Positions 62,008-64,000 of a stretch of 64,000 nucleotides of DNA are shown in pieces (position 1 is the first letter of the stretch; every line of letters begins with the position of its first letter). Origin of the DNA: Lytechinus pictus. Taxonomy: Eukaryota. Both the position numbers and the translations under genes were made by a program. Under the pieces are notes generated by a model that was not told the origin of the DNA, did not search any database, and worked only from the letters and a program-made list of their open reading frames with translations. The stretch lies in assembly GCF_037042905.1 (NCBI RefSeq), contig NC_087247.1:44516001-44580000 (forward strand). Direction: 5' to 3'.

Positions 62008-63967
62008 TTAACGAGAAATAATTTAAAAAGTTCACAATGATACATCTTGCCTGAGGGTACCTTGTGGGGAAACTGCATGGATGGACACACCGATCCCATT
62101 TATACCAGAATAATTATTTATGAAATGATTTTACCGTTATAGAGACGTTGTAGACTGCTCTTTCTCTACCTGCCTTCATTTCGGCGAAGTGTTGTTCCAT
62201 CTTGTATTACATAGCTTTTACAAATGGTCGTCAAAGAAGGTACGTGTGGCTACCGTCTGTAAATGAAAGGGCTTAAATGGGAGTAGAAAGAAACGATCCT
62301 AAATTTATACAATAAGACATGACTCAATTTTTTAAATTTTTTTTATCGAGTAAGCAATTATATGTTCTCATCCATTTTTCCCCAGATTTTAACTTCCAAA
62401 TAATCAATGAACACGATGACGTGGCCTTCTTGATTTTTTTTTAAGTGATGTGATAACTCGAAACTATGAAAGTAGTTCCAGGTTTCATGGTTCTTTTTAT
62501 ATGAGATTATTGATAAGATTATGATAGACTCTAACGTTTGATAATGGAACCCTCTCACAAAATAATGTCTTTTAAGAAACTGTTTACACTTATTGCTCAT
62601 CGATTTCATTTTTTAACCAATGAATTAATGAATTTGTTTTTAGGTTAAAACGTTTCTACTTTAAAGGATATGAATTTTATTCAAAAGAAGGGGATTGTGT
62701 CATATAATTATTGTATATATCCCATTCGATACATTAAAACAAGAAATAATGTCCATGCCAGCTAGGTCTCTCACCCCTTGTCAAAATAACATGGCAATAA
62801 TTATTGGGAATAATTATTCAATATCTACCCTCACATTTGAATAGTATAATGCTCTTCGCTTCGTGAATTTGGAGGGAAATCTCACATCCCTCTCATGAAT
62901 AAGGAAAAAATATATACCAAAAGGCCAAATCCAGCACTTTAACAATGAGGTTATTCTAGTGAAAGAGAAAAGCCTAACGCTCAAAGTATCGTCGTCATGA
63001 TCAGTATGATCGTTTAGAAGAAGAGGCTTTATATTGTAAATGTTGAAAGCATCCTGTACACGTTTGTTTCCTGGCAACATCATCATAATGTAGGTAACAT
63101 TGTGGGTAAATTGTTATTGCACTGCACAAGACAACATTGCATTCTGGGTAAGGAACCGGGAGCTATACTCGGGTGCTTCATGATTCAAGGTGATGATATT
63201 CATTGTTAGTTCTGTTCATTTACCTTTAAGTGGTTTTCAGTTGTTTTTGGAAGTATATAATATGTTGTTTTGAGTAAAGAGTTCCATGATTTTGAACAAG
63301 ATATATTCTAAAGTTTATGTGGCTTTTGTGTAAGTTCGGTTTTGGTACTGCCTCAGTAAGTGAGTGAGGATGATTCCATTTTTTAATGATTTCTTCCCGT
63401 GACGTGCTTTTTTAATCAAGGTGCAATAAGGTTCCCTAGCACTCAATGTTCTTGATGGATCTTAGAAGGAGGCCAAGCGCTGTCGATGTGCAATCATTTA
63501 TAAAATGTTATCTGATATGTGATGCTCTGCTCCGAGTCTCAACGAGCTTCATGTTTATATTGAGAGTGATATCATGTGATAGTGCAGACGTCATTTATAT
63601 TATTGGCTGCAACGTGTAATGTGAAACAGCTGAGAAGGGTGGGTATGGGAGTGTGTGAGGGATATTTTAAGTGGGTTTAATTTACACTGGTAACCGAGGA
63701 CGTATAGTTCACATTTAAACCGAGGACACAGCGCACCGAGAGTAGAGGTAGTCCTCGGATGTATGTGCGAGATCGTTTGTATGTGATGGTTTACATGGTT
63801 TATGTGAAGATGGAAGTGCCTGTATGGACCTGCAATCACGGACCATTTTTATGTTCTAACCCACTAACTGACCGGCGACGTGAGACACCCAAGAACTGGG
63901 AACTTACCAGGTCCAGATAGACATACCAAGTAATTCCTCAACACATATGAAACCAGTTTTTATAGTC

Positions 63968-64000
63968 CAGTGGCGTAATAAGCAAAATATTTCGAGGGGG
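63968..64000. mobile_element. Left end of a hAT-type MITE truncated by the window edge
   Basis: cagtggcgtaataagcaaaatatttcgaggggg resembles the start of 46823-47092. Confidence 0.55.

Overview
AT-rich eukaryotic genomic DNA (roughly one-third GC by eye) with one assembly gap (21444-21576). I can find no intact protein-coding gene. The ORF track is explained by simple repeats, minisatellites and decayed LINE reverse-transcriptase fragments. The one clearly conserved functional element is a mir-10 precursor on the + strand (mature AACCCUGUAGAUCCGAAUUUGUG at 53513-53535). This places the window, by inference, in or beside a Hox cluster. The 5'-A form of miR-10 and the repeat families suggest an echinoid (sea urchin), a lineage that has lost Hox4. 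No homeobox is visible anywhere in the 64 kb. About the first 41 kb is dense in non-autonomous DNA transposons (TTAA/Kolobok-type, hAT-type, PIF/Harbinger-type, CAC-terminal CMC-type), L2-group LINE fragments, tRNA-derived SINEs, satellites and foldback elements with tandem-repeat arms. The blocks at about 41.1-46.8 kb and 52.5-58.8 kb are nearly free of recognisable repeats and carry promoter-like and splice-like signals consistent with a spliced miR-10 host transcript. Two mobile-element oddities stand out. One is an 86-bp-arm palindrome between (TA)n tracts whose arms encode a degenerate minimal hammerhead ribozyme (Penelope-like terminus). The other is a G-rich foldback element inserted into a LINE with no target-site duplication, at a small pre-existing hairpin.
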